A stretch of 64,000 nucleotides of DNA from Mobula hypostoma. Lineage: Eukaryota. The DNA lies in contig NC_086108.1 in the NCBI RefSeq assembly GCF_963921235.1, positions 1,612,001 through 1,676,000 on the forward strand, in the 5' to 3' direction. The stretch's first letter is position 1; each line of letters begins with the position of its first letter. The notes beneath the pieces were generated by a model. It was given only the letters and a program-made list of their open reading frames with translations, was not told where the DNA came from and made no database searches. Made by a program: the position numbers and the translations under genes. This document shows, one piece after another, positions 62,645 through 64,000 of this stretch.

Positions 62645-64000
62645 ATAAGACATAAGACTATAAGATATAGGAGTAGAAGTAGGCCATTCGGGTCATCGAG
62701 TCTGCTCTGCCATTCAATCACGGCCTGATCCAATTCTTCCAGTCATCCCCACTCCCCTGTCTTCTCCCCATACCCTTTGATGCCCTGGCTAATCAAGAAT
62801 CTATCTATCTCTGCCTTAAGTACACTCAATGACTCGGCCTCCACAGCCGCTCGTGGGAACAACTTCCACAGATTTACCACCCTCTGACTAAAGTAATTTC
62901 TCTGCATCTCTGCTCTAAATGGACGTCCTTCAATCCTGAAATCGTGCCTTCTTGTCCTAGACTTCCCTACCATGGGAAATAACTAATCTGTTCAGCCTTT
63001 TAACATTCGGTCTGTTTCGATGAGATCCCCCCTCATTCTCCTGAACTCCAGGGAATACAGCCCAAGAACTGCCAGACGTTCCTCATACGGTAACCCTCTC
63101 ATTCCTGGAATCATTCTTGTGAATCTTCTCTGAACCATCTCCAATGTCAGTATATCCTTTCTAAAATAAGGAGCCCAAAACTGCACACAATACTCCAATG
63201 TGGTCTCACGACTGTCTTATAGAACTTCAACGTCACATACCTGATCTTATATTCTATACCTCTAGAAATGAATGCCAACATTGCATTCGCCTTCTTCACC
63301 ACCGACTCATCCTGGAGGTTAACCTTTAGGGTATCCTGCACAGGAACTCCCAAGTTCCTTTGCATCTCTGTATTTTGAATTCTCTCCCCATCTAAATAAT
63401 AGTCTGCCCGTTTATTTCTTCCACCAAAGTGCATGACCATACACTTTCCAACATTGTATTTCATTTGCCACTTCTTTGCCTATTCCACTAAACTATCTAA
63501 GTCTCTCTGCAGGCTCTCTGTTTCCTCAACACTACCCGCTCCTCCACCTATCTTTGTATCATCGGCAAATTTAGCCACAAATCCATTAATCCCGAAGTCC
63601 AAATCATTGACCTACATCGTAAAAAGCAGCAGTCCCAACACCGACTCCTGTAGAACTCCACTGGTAACCGGCAGCCAGCCAGAATAGGATCCCTTTATTC
63701 CCAGTCTCTGTTTTCTGCTGATCAGCCAATGCTCCACCCATGCTAGTAACTTCCCTGTAATTCCATGGGCTCTTATCTTGCTAAGCAGCCTCATGTATGG
63801 CACCTTGTCAAAGGCCTTTTGAAAATCCAAGTACACCACATCTACTGGATCTCCTTTGTCTACCCTGCTTGTAATTTACTCAAAAAATTGCAGTAGGTTA
63901 ATCAGGCAGGATTTTCCTTTCAGGAAACCATGCTGGCTTTGGCCTATCTTGTCATGTGTCTCCAGGTACTCCGTAATCTCATCCCTAACAATTAATTCCA
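62645..64000 (-). mobile_element. CR1-clade LINE, 3' part (RT domain, C-terminus, 3'UTR, TCTTAT-type tail); continues beyond the window
   Basis: Minus-strand peptides YLDFQKAFDKVP, SGVLQESVLG (from GVPQGSVLGP), KFADDTK (FADD at 63569-63558), [32 protein letters not shown] and FSQRVVNLW are canonical CR1 ORF2 motifs. The stop is at 62743 and the tail repeats ATAAGAC/ATAAGACT/ATAAGAT lie at 62645-62667. Confidence 0.95.
62743..64000 (-). pseudogene. Inactivated CR1 ORF2 (reverse transcriptase) fragment
   Basis: Premature TAG at 63614-63612 and another near 63480, a frameshift near 63198, and a TGA with small deletions near 62992-62980. Confidence 0.9.

Noticed and set aside
63433..63687. 84-aa plus-strand ORF
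   Set aside because: Antisense shadow of the CR1 RT region.

Overview
Eukaryotic, almost entirely repetitive window. The repeat families suggest a cartilaginous fish, probably a ray or skate (inference). Bases 1-44579 are a tandem array of a 42-bp satellite (about 1050 units, with 41- and 43-bp variants and internal higher-order cassettes). Bases 44580-44779 are a 200-N scaffold gap. Bases 44780-61468 are an unrelated 57-bp satellite (about 290 units) with 2.2-kb and 3.4-kb internal duplications. The last 2.5 kb holds a short unique CpG-rich patch (possible exon), several nested retrotransposon 3' relics and a decayed minus-strand CR1 LINE. The ORFs in the track that lie in the two arrays are artefacts of stop-free units whose lengths are multiples of 3, and no intact gene is supported. 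Three observations stand out. (1) The 57-bp unit matches a nearby dispersed element just downstream of a decayed minimal hammerhead ribozyme, suggesting a satellite born from a Penelope-like element terminus. (2) Each 42-bp unit carries V(D)J RSS-like heptamers on both strands in D-segment geometry, with a partial nonamer at 22/23-nt spacing (speculative). (3) A 53-bp LINE tail with a stem-loop is inserted cleanly into another LINE's reading frame.
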